Shown: positions 1-7,130 of the stretch, piece by piece
Layout: each line of letters starts with the position of its first letter
Numbering within the stretch: the first letter of the stretch is position 1
Origin: an uncultured virus (IMG/VR IMGVR_UViG_3300034683_000273)
Lineage: Duplodnaviria; Heunggongvirae; Uroviricota; Caudoviricetes
Length of the DNA stretch: 25,790 bases
IMG/VR virus record: IMGVR_UViG_3300034683_000273
Direction: 5' to 3' (one strand)
Translations under genes and position numbers: made by a program
Notes under the pieces: generated by a model
Seen by the model: the letters and a program-made list of their open reading frames with translations, nothing else
What the model was told of the DNA's origin: nothing
Databases searched by the model: none

Positions 1-268
1 CCGCCAGTTCCGATTTACCTTGTTTCTTCGGTATTTCGATATAGGCTGTGTTGAACTGCCTGTATCCGTTTGGTTTCAGAACACCGAAGATATCTCGGAT
101 AATCTGCTCCTGCCAGTCAATCAGTTCAAATGGCTTTCCATCCCATGTGCCTTTGGTATGACAGCAGAATTTTTCAATAAAACATACCGCATGGTCGGCG
201 GCATCTTTATCGTAATAGCTGCCCTCCGCCATAAAGCGGGTTGGTTTGTAGTTTTTCAACTTTCGCAA
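1..268 (-). CDS. terL: Phage terminase large subunit, N-terminal part (runs off the window)
   Basis: Not in the ORF track. Manual translation from TTG at 268 (RBS GAGGAGGTGA upstream) gives MRKLKNYKPTRFMAEGSYYDKDAADHAVCFIEKFCCHTKGTWDGKPFELIDWQEQIIRDIFGVLKPNGYRQFNTAYIEIPKKQGKSELA. This has the F-x-L-x-x-WQ adenine-binding motif and Walker A (PKKQGKS). Confidence 0.93.
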   Translation of the reverse strand, partial: MRKLKNYKPTRFMAEGSYYDKDAADHAVCFIEKFCCHTKGTWDGKPFELIDWQEQIIRDIFGVLKPNGYRQFNTAYIEIPKKQGKSELA

Positions 269-452
269 ATGCCGTCACCTCCTCAAAAATGGCATAAAAA
301 ATAAGAACCTCTACGGTTCCCAAAATCAAAGATTTTGACCGTAACGAGAACCTTGTTACTCGCTACGCTCGTAATATGCCGCCATATAATAATGCGACCT
401 TCGTATACGAGGAACAGAGCCTCACGGCTCCGTCCTGCCTTTACAGGATTTT

Positions 453-692
453 TTAGTTGTGTTCGTTCAGTAAAATGCAAAGGGCAAGGTTGGCTTCTTC
501 GGTTGCGGGTTCAACATCCCAACCTCTGTCATAGTTGGCAATAACCTCGCCATCGAGTTTCAGCATCAGCTTGCTGATTTTTCCGCCGTTGATACCGAAT
601 CGGCTGCCTTCCTCATAAACCTTAATCCAGTAGTGGACTGCCTTGTAACCGCCGTCCGGCTTTGGAATACCGATTGTTCCTTCTTTCCACAT
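453..692 (-). CDS. Conserved phage hypothetical protein, 79 aa (DUF7678-like)
   Basis: ATG with GGAGGA RBS. The motifs S-x-FGINGGKISKL and NYDRGWD are typical of small genes found before terL in Clostridial prophages. Confidence 0.75.
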   Translation of the reverse strand: MWKEGTIGIPKPDGGYKAVHYWIKVYEEGSRFGINGGKISKLMLKLDGEVIANYDRGWDVEPATEEANLALCILLNEHN

Positions 693-694
693 AG

Positions 695-874
695 TCAGTC
701 CTCCATTTCGCCTGTGAGTATAAAGTGGGTGTATTCCTTTCGGTGTTCCTCAAGGTACACCACCAATTCGTAAAAATGCATCTCGTTGGCAATGTACTGT
801 ACCATCGGCACATCAAACATATTGGTTCGTCCGGTTGCTCGGATGGCGAGTATCTGTTCCTTGATTTTATTCAT
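695..874 (-). CDS. DUF5049-like small phage protein, 59 aa
   Basis: Start re-assigned to ATG 874 (MNKIKEQILAIRATGRTNMFD...YTHFILTG), which overlaps the upstream gene end. Confidence 0.8.
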   Translation of the reverse strand: MNKIKEQILAIRATGRTNMFDVPMVQYIANEMHFYELVVYLEEHRKEYTHFILTGEMED

Positions 875-1253
875 CGGTGCAGACCTCCTTGCCCATAAGC
901 AACTCGGTGTAAATTTTGGTATAGCGTTCACACTCGCTGCCCTCGGAGTCCGCAATGGCTCTAAGGTAAAAATCTGCCGCTTCTTTTCTGCTGTCCCAGA
1001 CTTCCGTCTGACCGTAGCAGGTAATCTTCACAGCATCCAATTTTCGACAACTATCGACACCGTACACTACATTCAAGCCGGAGCCGTTATCCCAACGAAC
1101 CATAATGGAGGCAGTATCATCCACCCCTCGAACCGTACCCTTCGTGCCAATGGGTGGTGCCTGCATATCTTCCATCTGCACCAGTTCCACACGGCAGCCT
1201 ACAGGGTAGGCTTTGCGTACACGCTCCACTGTTTCTTTATTCGGAAATCTCAT
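867..1253 (-). CDS. DUF4314-like protein with C-terminal extension
   Basis: Start ATG 1253 after GGAGGTG. Signature YPVGCRVELVQMED...GTKGTV..VDD...V.WDNGSGL.V.YG.D. Confidence 0.8.
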   Translation of the reverse strand: MRFPNKETVERVRKAYPVGCRVELVQMEDMQAPPIGTKGTVRGVDDTASIMVRWDNGSGLNVVYGVDSCRKLDAVKITCYGQTEVWDSRKEAADFYLRAIADSEGSECERYTKIYTELLMGKEVCTDE

Positions 1254-1986
1254 GCTTGGCACCTCCTTTGAAAGCACTGCTGCCGGAAAGATTGCGGAGC
1301 AGGATTTTTCGCTCGGTCTTGTATTCGTTTCCGATAAAGCCGAGGCGGAGGAGAAAACAGCGGAATGCGTATTTCTCGTTGTCCACCGCTTTTTCCGTGG
1401 CGCTGATGCGTTTCTGATTTCGGCTCATTTCACAAAGGGCTGCAATGAAGTGTGTGTAAGTCTTGACCTCGTCAGCATCCAATCCATCCTCAAACCAAGG
1501 GAAGGAAATCCTATCCTCTCCGATTTCGATTGGGGTTGCCGTAATTCCGAGTGCCTTTTTTATAAGACTGCCCTTGGCATCCAGAAGGTTCGTAAGGTTT
1601 CCCACCACCACCTTATCAAGGGGAATCGCCACCGTAAGGCCAACGATTTCGTTCTGTGGCTCGGCAGGGTCTTCGGAAAGGTAAGCCGGAGGGCAATCCG
1701 CCAAGGGTTCTTCGCCCTCAATAACAGGCTCCTGCTGTTCGCTATCGTAAGCGGAGAAGTCGCTCTCAAAACCTTCATCGTAAAGATGTTCTAACAGTCT
1801 CTCAATGACCTCGCTGTCTGCCATATCATCAAACAGCAGGTTGCCTTCCTTGTCGATTGTGAAGTAGTCTACTTCGTAGGCGCAGGAAGGAACTCCCTTA
1901 TACCTGCAATCAACCTCAAGCCAGGTGGCTATGGTCTGTGCCAGTTCCTTGCGTTTTTTACCGGGTACATTGTAATGAATTCTCAT
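1237..1986 (-). CDS. Phage hypothetical protein (often annotated 'virulence-related protein'), 249 aa
   Basis: Strong RBS AAAGGAGG. C-terminal NEKYAFRCFLLRLGFIG.EYK..RKILL.NL.G.SAF motif; acidic central linker. Confidence 0.8.
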   Translation of the reverse strand: MRIHYNVPGKKRKELAQTIATWLEVDCRYKGVPSCAYEVDYFTIDKEGNLLFDDMADSEVIERLLEHLYDEGFESDFSAYDSEQQEPVIEGEEPLADCPPAYLSEDPAEPQNEIVGLTVAIPLDKVVVGNLTNLLDAKGSLIKKALGITATPIEIGEDRISFPWFEDGLDADEVKTYTHFIAALCEMSRNQKRISATEKAVDNEKYAFRCFLLRLGFIGNEYKTERKILLRNLSGSSAFKGGAKHEISE

Positions 1987-2010
1987 ATAGAAATCCTCCT
2001 TTAATTTTCG

Positions 2011-2050
2011 GTACTACATATATCACTCTAAAGCCGATAAATAGCAAGTC
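2011..2050 (-). promoter_or_regulatory. Putative promoter for the small-gene cassette
   Basis: Minus strand reads GACTTGCTATTTATCGGCTTTAGAGTGATATATGTAGTAC: TTGCTA (-35-like) and TGATATAT (extended -10-like) upstream of the RBS. Confidence 0.45.
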
Positions 2051-2084
2051 ATATGTGCAAATACCAGGGAGGATTTCTGTAGAT

Positions 2085-3902
2085 TTATTCCGCCCCGTTT
2101 TGTGTATAGTACACGATGCCCGTCAGCACATAAACCACATTTGGCAGTGCCACGCCGTTGCCCCACATCTTATACTCCGCCGAATCGGAATGAGGGTTCT
2201 GCAGCCACTTGAATATCTGCTTCCGTGTTTTCGGTTTACTTGATGTTCCCACAATCTTACGATGTGTTTCAAAGATTTCTGCCCACCGTGTGAGTTCCTC
2301 TTCAGAAGGAAGTTTCTCACCGAGGTCAGCACACCACCAATCCGGAAATCCCTGGAGCCTTGCACATTCCGTAGGGGTAAGCCTACGCACAATGTATTCC
2401 AGATCCGCATCGGTATCGTTGACAAGCGGAGGGTCTTTGTAATCCGTAGCTACTAAAGTGTTGGCGAGTTCCTCTTCCGCAGAAGTAAAGAACGATGCCT
2501 TGCTGCTTGAGTAGGTGGGAACGGCAACCGCATCGGGCCCTGTGGCTTTCAGTGTGGAATTGACACCCTCATCACTGATACCCATATTCCTTGCGAAGTT
2601 CTGACCGCAGTTATAACTTTCACGGTCGATTGCATAGACAACGGCGTGGCGGTCTACGGTGTTCAAAGTGTACATGACATCACTTTCGGTATAACCGTTA
2701 CCGTGGTGGGAAGGACGAGAACCGTTTCCTTCCACAATGGCAATGCCACCCTGATTGCAAGTAGGATTTCCTCCATTGCCATCGAGAGTGCGGGAAGTAT
2801 CCGCTTTATAAAATCCGCTGTTGGGATTTGCAGACTTCATTGCATTGCTATCTTTTGAGCAGACACCGAAAGCAGTGGGCTCTACTACAAACGGCTGATT
2901 GTTTCCGCCTGTGCCGTAGGTCGCAGCCACAGTCTGCGCCACATCCAAGGGACCCACATAACGGGTATCCTGGGAGTGGTTTTCATATACGGTTGCAGGA
3001 ACAACTCCCGCACGAAGTGTTGGAGATTTTTCTGCCTCATAGCCAATGCCACGGCTATCGGCAGAATGTTCCGTGCAAAATCCCGCAGACTCCATCACGC
3101 AAGGCGGATGATGTGCTTCGGCACGAAGGGTGCAGGTCACATCATCGGTGACATCTATACGATTGCCACCCTGGTCATTTAAGACGATGCCTGTCGCAGG
3201 AGTGCTTTCTTCAGAAGTTCCGGCAGTTCTTTTCCACGGGCATCGGCTCGTTTCAAGATTCCTAAACAAGCCTTCTGACTCAAATAATATTTTCCCGGCA
3301 CACCCACCATTAAAATCTGCGACAAGATAGATACGTCTTCTTCTTTGGGGAACTCCCCAAAACTGCGCGTCAACACATCTCCAGGCGATACTGAAACCAT
3401 TTCCCAACAGTTCTCCTGCTCCTGTCCATTTTCCTTTTGGAGGGCAAGGGACAGCATAGTCACCTTTGACGGACGCGACTGCTTCGAGGACTGCTTTGAA
3501 ATCTTCTCCTGCGTTTGAGGAGAAGGCGCCGGGGACATTTTCCCACACGATGTATCTTGGATACTCGCCATTGGTTTTACACCTCATTTCTTTTACGATT
3601 CGGATTGCTTCGTAAAACAGGCAGGAGCGTTCTCCATCAAGACCACTGCGTTTTCCCGCCACACTCATATCCTGGCAGGGACTGCCGAATGTGATGATGT
3701 CTACAGGTTCAACCTCTGCACCGTTGATAGTTGAAATATCTCCAAGGTGCTTCATCTTAGGGATACGCTTGCTTGTTACACGAATAGGAAAAGGCTCAAC
3801 TTCCGATGCCCACAAAGGGGTAATACCGGAAATCAAGCCTCCCAAAGGAAATCCCCCGGAGCCGTCAAAGAGGCTACCGAGGGTCATAGGTTTCTTATTC
3901 AT
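2085..3902 (-). CDS. DNA (cytosine-5)-methyltransferase with very long variable region
   Basis: Motif I SLFDGSGG, IV FGSPCQDMS, VI WENVPG, VIII PQRRRRIY, IX RRLTPTECARLQGFP, X YKMWGNGV. Start ATG 3902 overlaps the end of the upstream gene. Confidence 0.95.
   Translation of the reverse strand: MNKKPMTLGSLFDGSGGFPLGGLISGITPLWASEVEPFPIRVTSKRIPKMKHLGDISTINGAEVEPVDIITFGSPCQDMSVAGKRSGLDGERSCLFYEAIRIVKEMRCKTNGEYPRYIVWENVPGAFSSNAGEDFKAVLEAVASVKGDYAVPCPPKGKWTGAGELLGNGFSIAWRCVDAQFWGVPQRRRRIYLVADFNGGCAGKILFESEGLFRNLETSRCPWKRTAGTSEESTPATGIVLNDQGGNRIDVTDDVTCTLRAEAHHPPCVMESAGFCTEHSADSRGIGYEAEKSPTLRAGVVPATVYENHSQDTRYVGPLDVAQTVAATYGTGGNNQPFVVEPTAFGVCSKDSNAMKSANPNSGFYKADTSRTLDGNGGNPTCNQGGIAIVEGNGSRPSHHGNGYTESDVMYTLNTVDRHAVVYAIDRESYNCGQNFARNMGISDEGVNSTLKATGPDAVAVPTYSSSKASFFTSAEEELANTLVATDYKDPPLVNDTDADLEYIVRRLTPTECARLQGFPDWWCADLGEKLPSEEELTRWAEIFETHRKIVGTSSKPKTRKQIFKWLQNPHSDSAEYKMWGNGVALPNVVYVLTGIVYYTQNGAE
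3179..3571 (-). CDS. Nested +1-frame gene inside the C5 MTase; putative MTase beta-like subunit, 130 aa
   Basis: Same strand as the MTase, +1 frame. RBS GAGGTG (3580-3585) lies 8 nt before the ATG. C-terminus EFPKEEDVSILSQILMVGVPGKYYLSQKACLGILKRADARGKELPELLKKALLRQ matches the L-x-x-IL...KYYLS segment normally found in-frame after motif VIII. Confidence 0.7.
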   Translation of the reverse strand: MASIQDTSCGKMSPAPSPQTQEKISKQSSKQSRPSKVTMLSLALQKENGQEQENCWEMVSVSPGDVLTRSFGEFPKEEDVSILSQILMVGVPGKYYLSQKACLGILKRADARGKELPELLKKALLRQASS

Positions 3903-5160
3903 CTGCACCAACCTCCTTCACAAGGTCGGCATAAGGTATCTGCACACCGTTACGGATAACAAATACACCGTCTGCATCACCCGTATCTTCCACATATCTG
4001 CGGAGGATAACCGATGCGTACTTTTCATCCAGTTCCATCGTATGGCAGATGCGGTTGGTACGCTCACAAGCCATCAAGGTAGAACCGCTGCCACCGAATG
4101 TATCAACCACAATGGAATTCTCACGGCTGGAATTGCCGATGGGATATGCCAAAAGGTCGAGTGGCTTGGAAGTCGGATGGTTTTTATTTTTCTTCGGCTT
4201 ATCGAAGTTCCAGATGGTGGTCTGGCTTCTGCCTGCGTTCTTGCTCCAGTAGTGCTTGCCGTTCTGAAGGAAACCGTAAAGCACAGGTTCGTGCTGCCAC
4301 TGATAATCACTTCTGCCAAGCACTAAGGAATTTTTCACCCAAATGCAGCAGCCGGAAAGGTGAAAGCCTGCATCGATAAATGCCTTACGGAAATTCAAGC
4401 CTTCCGTGTCGGCATGAAAAATGTATGCTGCACCGCCTTTTTCCAGGTGGGCAGCCATATTCTGAAATGCCGAAAGCAAAAATTCATAAAACTTCTCGCT
4501 TGCCATCTTATCGTTTTTAATTGACAGACCATCGGAACTTTCAAAGGCAACGTTATACGGAGGGTCGGTCAGCACAAGGTTGGCTTTCTTGCCGTCCATA
4601 AGACTTGCAACATCATCGGGATTGGTGGCATCACCGCACATCAGTCTGTGTCTGCCCACCGTCCACACATCGCCACGCTCCACAAAGGCAGCCTTTTCCA
4701 AAGCATCGTTTAAATCAAAATCGTCCTCTTCCACATCGGATTTATCATCCCCGGCAAAGAGGTCTGCGATTTCATCATCGTCAAAGCCCGCAAGACCGAT
4801 ATCAAAATCCATGCCCTGCAGGGACTCGATTTCGATTTTCAGCATTTCCTCATCCCATCCTGCGTCAAGCGCCATACGGTTGTCGGCAAGGATGTATGCT
4901 TTCTTCTGTGCCTCGGTAAGGTAGTCCACAAAAACACAAGGCACCTCATCGATGCCTTCTTCCTTGGCTGCCATCACACGTCCGTGTCCGGCAATGATGC
5001 CGTAATCCTTATCAATAATGACAGGATTGATAAAGCCGAACTCACGGAGCGAAGAACGGAGCTTCAAAATCTGCTCCGGGGAGTGGGTGCGGGCATTATT
5101 TACATACGGCACCAATTTTGTAATGGCAACAAGTTCCATCTGCGTTGTTGTTCTTCCCAT
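3895..5160 (-). CDS. ParB/Srx-like N-terminal domain fused to N4/N6 DNA methyltransferase (beta class)
   Basis: Start ATG 5160 after AAGGAGG. N-terminal LVPYVNNARTHS...IIAGHGR...ILADNR; catalytic TDPPY precedes SAM-binding DTFGGSGST; HPTSKP. Confidence 0.93.
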   Translation of the reverse strand: MGRTTTQMELVAITKLVPYVNNARTHSPEQILKLRSSLREFGFINPVIIDKDYGIIAGHGRVMAAKEEGIDEVPCVFVDYLTEAQKKAYILADNRMALDAGWDEEMLKIEIESLQGMDFDIGLAGFDDDEIADLFAGDDKSDVEEDDFDLNDALEKAAFVERGDVWTVGRHRLMCGDATNPDDVASLMDGKKANLVLTDPPYNVAFESSDGLSIKNDKMASEKFYEFLLSAFQNMAAHLEKGGAAYIFHADTEGLNFRKAFIDAGFHLSGCCIWVKNSLVLGRSDYQWQHEPVLYGFLQNGKHYWSKNAGRSQTTIWNFDKPKKNKNHPTSKPLDLLAYPIGNSSRENSIVVDTFGGSGSTLMACERTNRICHTMELDEKYASVILRRYVEDTGDADGVFVIRNGVQIPYADLVKEVGADE

Positions 5161-5170
5161 AGCACCCTCC

Positions 5171-5953
5171 TTAATACAGACCCCATTCAGCGAACTTTTC
5201 AAAACCGCCGAGGTTCTGAATGTACTGACGGGCAATCTCTACGATTTCCGCATATGGCTTGCCATCAATGGTGTCATCTCCAATGGCACAGCAAAGCTGC
5301 ACAGGTTCTTGGGTTTTCTGTGCTTTTAAGAACGCATAGATATTTACAGACACATCTGCCTTGGATAAATCCTTACCGTGCAGACCACCGCCTGTAACGG
5401 AATCAGCCATATCACTGCCCAGCTTACGGTTGGTAGCACCCGTATCTACATCCGTGCCGCCTGTCCAGTCACCGAGGGGATTGATTTCCGCACCAGGATA
5501 GAGTCTCTTCAAATCTGCCGTTTCCACATTGCTCTGGCAGATGATCAGGCGAACACCGTCCATAATGTACTTTCCGTCATAAGGGCATCTGCCGTAAATG
5601 TCACGGGCAATGCGGGAAAGTTCCTGCTGCTCCTGTGTCAGAGGCATACCCTTGAAGATACCGTTATCTCCGCAACGCACACCATCCTTCTGATTATCCG
5701 ACAGGTGCTTATCCTGGGGAATGATAACGATGTCCGTATCCATCACACCTGCGATACGATGCACGGCATTTATAATTTCTGCTTTATCCAAATCTGCTGT
5801 GGTTTCAATAATGGTATGGCACACACCATGACCGATTAAAACCTCCACAGCAATTTTCGGATTTTCTTCTTTTGCATAAGCCAGATCCACAATGGCTCCT
5901 GCGATTCTGTCTGCCACCTTGTCCGGATGGCTCGGATTTACTTTTTCAATCAT
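5171..5953 (-). CDS. metK: Short S-adenosylmethionine synthetase (MetK-like), 260 aa
   Basis: EKVNPSHPDKVADRI (cf. GHPDK), CGDNG (cf. AGDQG), DTGATNRKL (cf. DxGLTGRK), GGGLHGKDLSKADVS (cf. GGGAFSGKDxxKVDRS). Confidence 0.88.
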   Translation of the reverse strand: MIEKVNPSHPDKVADRIAGAIVDLAYAKEENPKIAVEVLIGHGVCHTIIETTADLDKAEIINAVHRIAGVMDTDIVIIPQDKHLSDNQKDGVRCGDNGIFKGMPLTQEQQELSRIARDIYGRCPYDGKYIMDGVRLIICQSNVETADLKRLYPGAEINPLGDWTGGTDVDTGATNRKLGSDMADSVTGGGLHGKDLSKADVSVNIYAFLKAQKTQEPVQLCCAIGDDTIDGKPYAEIVEIARQYIQNLGGFEKFAEWGLY

Positions 5954-5955
5954 GA

Positions 5956-6504
5956 TTATAACCCCTTTCGTTGGTGCAATAGTCGTTCCAGGTCATCATT
6001 CGGATTGGTACCGGAGAAATCCACGGAACAGTTTTCTTTTACGATTTGCATGATGTTGTCCCACTGCCTTGAGGCCTGGTTCATATAGTTGATGCCGATA
6101 TTGATGAACGGGGAGGTGACAGGCTTTCCGGTTGTGGGATGCTTTGATAAAAATCCCAGCTCGTTTGTCATCTCCTCGCACTGCAGCCATCTCGCCACAC
6201 ACATGGCATAACGCTCAATGGTCTGTGGGGAAACATAACCCGCACAGCCGATGGAATTGAGCCAGTTCCATGTATCCTCATAAATCTGCTTTGCCCTCAG
6301 TTCCGTACCGTCACGCTGCTTTGCACTGAGCAGTTCATTTGGCTTCGGCATCTGGATACCCTCCACATCGGGAATATCCAGCATCGTTAGTTTGCGACCG
6401 CCGGGGTTGCCGCTTTGCGCCTTTTCCAGATTGGACTTCGGCTTACGACCTGCACCCGGACGTTTTCCGCCACGGCCGCCTGTGTTATTCGATTTTGTTG
6501 GCAC
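5956..6504 (-). CDS. terS: Phage terminase small subunit, P27 family
   Basis: Probable GTG start at 6504 after AAGGCGGTGA. RGGKRPGAGRKPK...GNPGGRKL N-terminus and GFLSKHPTTG.P..SPF motif; located after HNH. Confidence 0.88.
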   Translation of the reverse strand: MPTKSNNTGGRGGKRPGAGRKPKSNLEKAQSGNPGGRKLTMLDIPDVEGIQMPKPNELLSAKQRDGTELRAKQIYEDTWNWLNSIGCAGYVSPQTIERYAMCVARWLQCEEMTNELGFLSKHPTTGKPVTSPFINIGINYMNQASRQWDNIMQIVKENCSVDFSGTNPNDDLERLLHQRKGL

Positions 6505-6544
6505 GATTCTCACCGCCTTTCTGTCTGCGGGCCTTATTACCCTT

Positions 6545-6620
6545 TTGATTTCGCAATTTTTTCACACGAAACCCCACGCCCGTTGCACGGGATTTAGGTC
6601 CCGGAGATTTGACCCGCCCT
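6545..6620 (-). other. Putative cos/packaging region
   Basis: GC-rich spacer GGGCGGGTCAAATCTCC...CAACGGGCGTGGGGTTTCGTGTG followed by A-tracts, in the canonical position between HNH and terS. Confidence 0.5.
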
Positions 6621-6987
6621 ACCGAGGGCAGTGATTATGCCAACGGTCGCCGCTTTCTGCATGAATCTTCGCATGGCAGGACTTACAAAGAGCAATTAAA
6701 TTATCTCTTGCATGAGTTCCACCCTGTGACAACGGCAGCTTGTGATGTATCTCTTCCGTTGGTGTCAGCTTTCCTTCAGCCTGGCACATCTCACACAGCG
6801 GGTGGGTGGCAGCATACGAATCCCTTATCCTTTTCCACGCTCTGCCGTAACGTTTACGCACAGCGGGGTCACGGTCATAGGTTTCGTAGCGTTTATTTTC
6901 CTGCTTTTCATGTTCCTCACAGAACCTCCCGTCCGTTAGGTTGGGACAGCCGGGAAAAGAACACGGTCGCTTTGGTCTTCTTGGCAC
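6619..6987 (-). CDS. Packaging-associated HNH endonuclease
   Basis: Probable GTG start at 6987 after GGAGGTGA. PCSFPGCP...FCEEH, PLCEMC, EIHHKLPLSQGGTH..NLIALCKSCH. Confidence 0.92.
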   Translation of the reverse strand: MPRRPKRPCSFPGCPNLTDGRFCEEHEKQENKRYETYDRDPAVRKRYGRAWKRIRDSYAATHPLCEMCQAEGKLTPTEEIHHKLPLSQGGTHARDNLIALCKSCHAKIHAESGDRWHNHCPR

Positions 6988-7004
6988 TTGTTTCACCTCC
7001 CTTG

Positions 7005-7045
7005 GGCATAAGAAAAGCCCTGAAGGATTACTCCCTCAAGGCTTG
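7005..7045 (-). terminator. Stem-loop / possible intrinsic terminator between late promoter and HNH
   Basis: Minus strand: AAGCCTTGAGGGA-GTAA-TCCTTCAGGGCTT followed by TTCTTAT. Confidence 0.55.
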
Positions 7046-7066
7046 GTTTCATTCTGCTTTTCGCTG

Positions 7067-7128
7067 ATTATATCATATCATAATTGCCACTGTAGTATCT
7101 TGTTGCAAAGTGTTGCAAAGTGTGCAGG
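7067..7128 (-). promoter_or_regulatory. Putative late promoter with tandem 10-bp activator-binding repeats
   Basis: Extended -10 TGATATAAT (7067-7075) with no good -35. TGTTGCAAAG x2 (7101-7120) plus a partial third copy, directly after the activator gene stop. Confidence 0.65.
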
Positions 7129-7130
7129 CT

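Noticed and set aside
20..304. 94-aa plus-strand ORF
   Set aside because: Antisense shadow of terL, which has clear motifs and an RBS.
283..480. 65-aa minus-strand ORF across the spacer before terL
   Set aside because: No clear RBS or recognisable motif, overlaps the upstream gene, and spans a palindrome-rich non-coding-like region.
2420..3191. Intein or diversity-generating-retroelement target in the MTase variable region
   Set aside because: No intein splice-junction or homing-endonuclease motifs recognised; no reverse transcriptase or near-identical TR/VR nucleotide repeat seen in the window.
5171..5953. metK pseudogene
   Set aside because: Short but uninterrupted, with all signature motifs in order and tight coupling to its neighbours.
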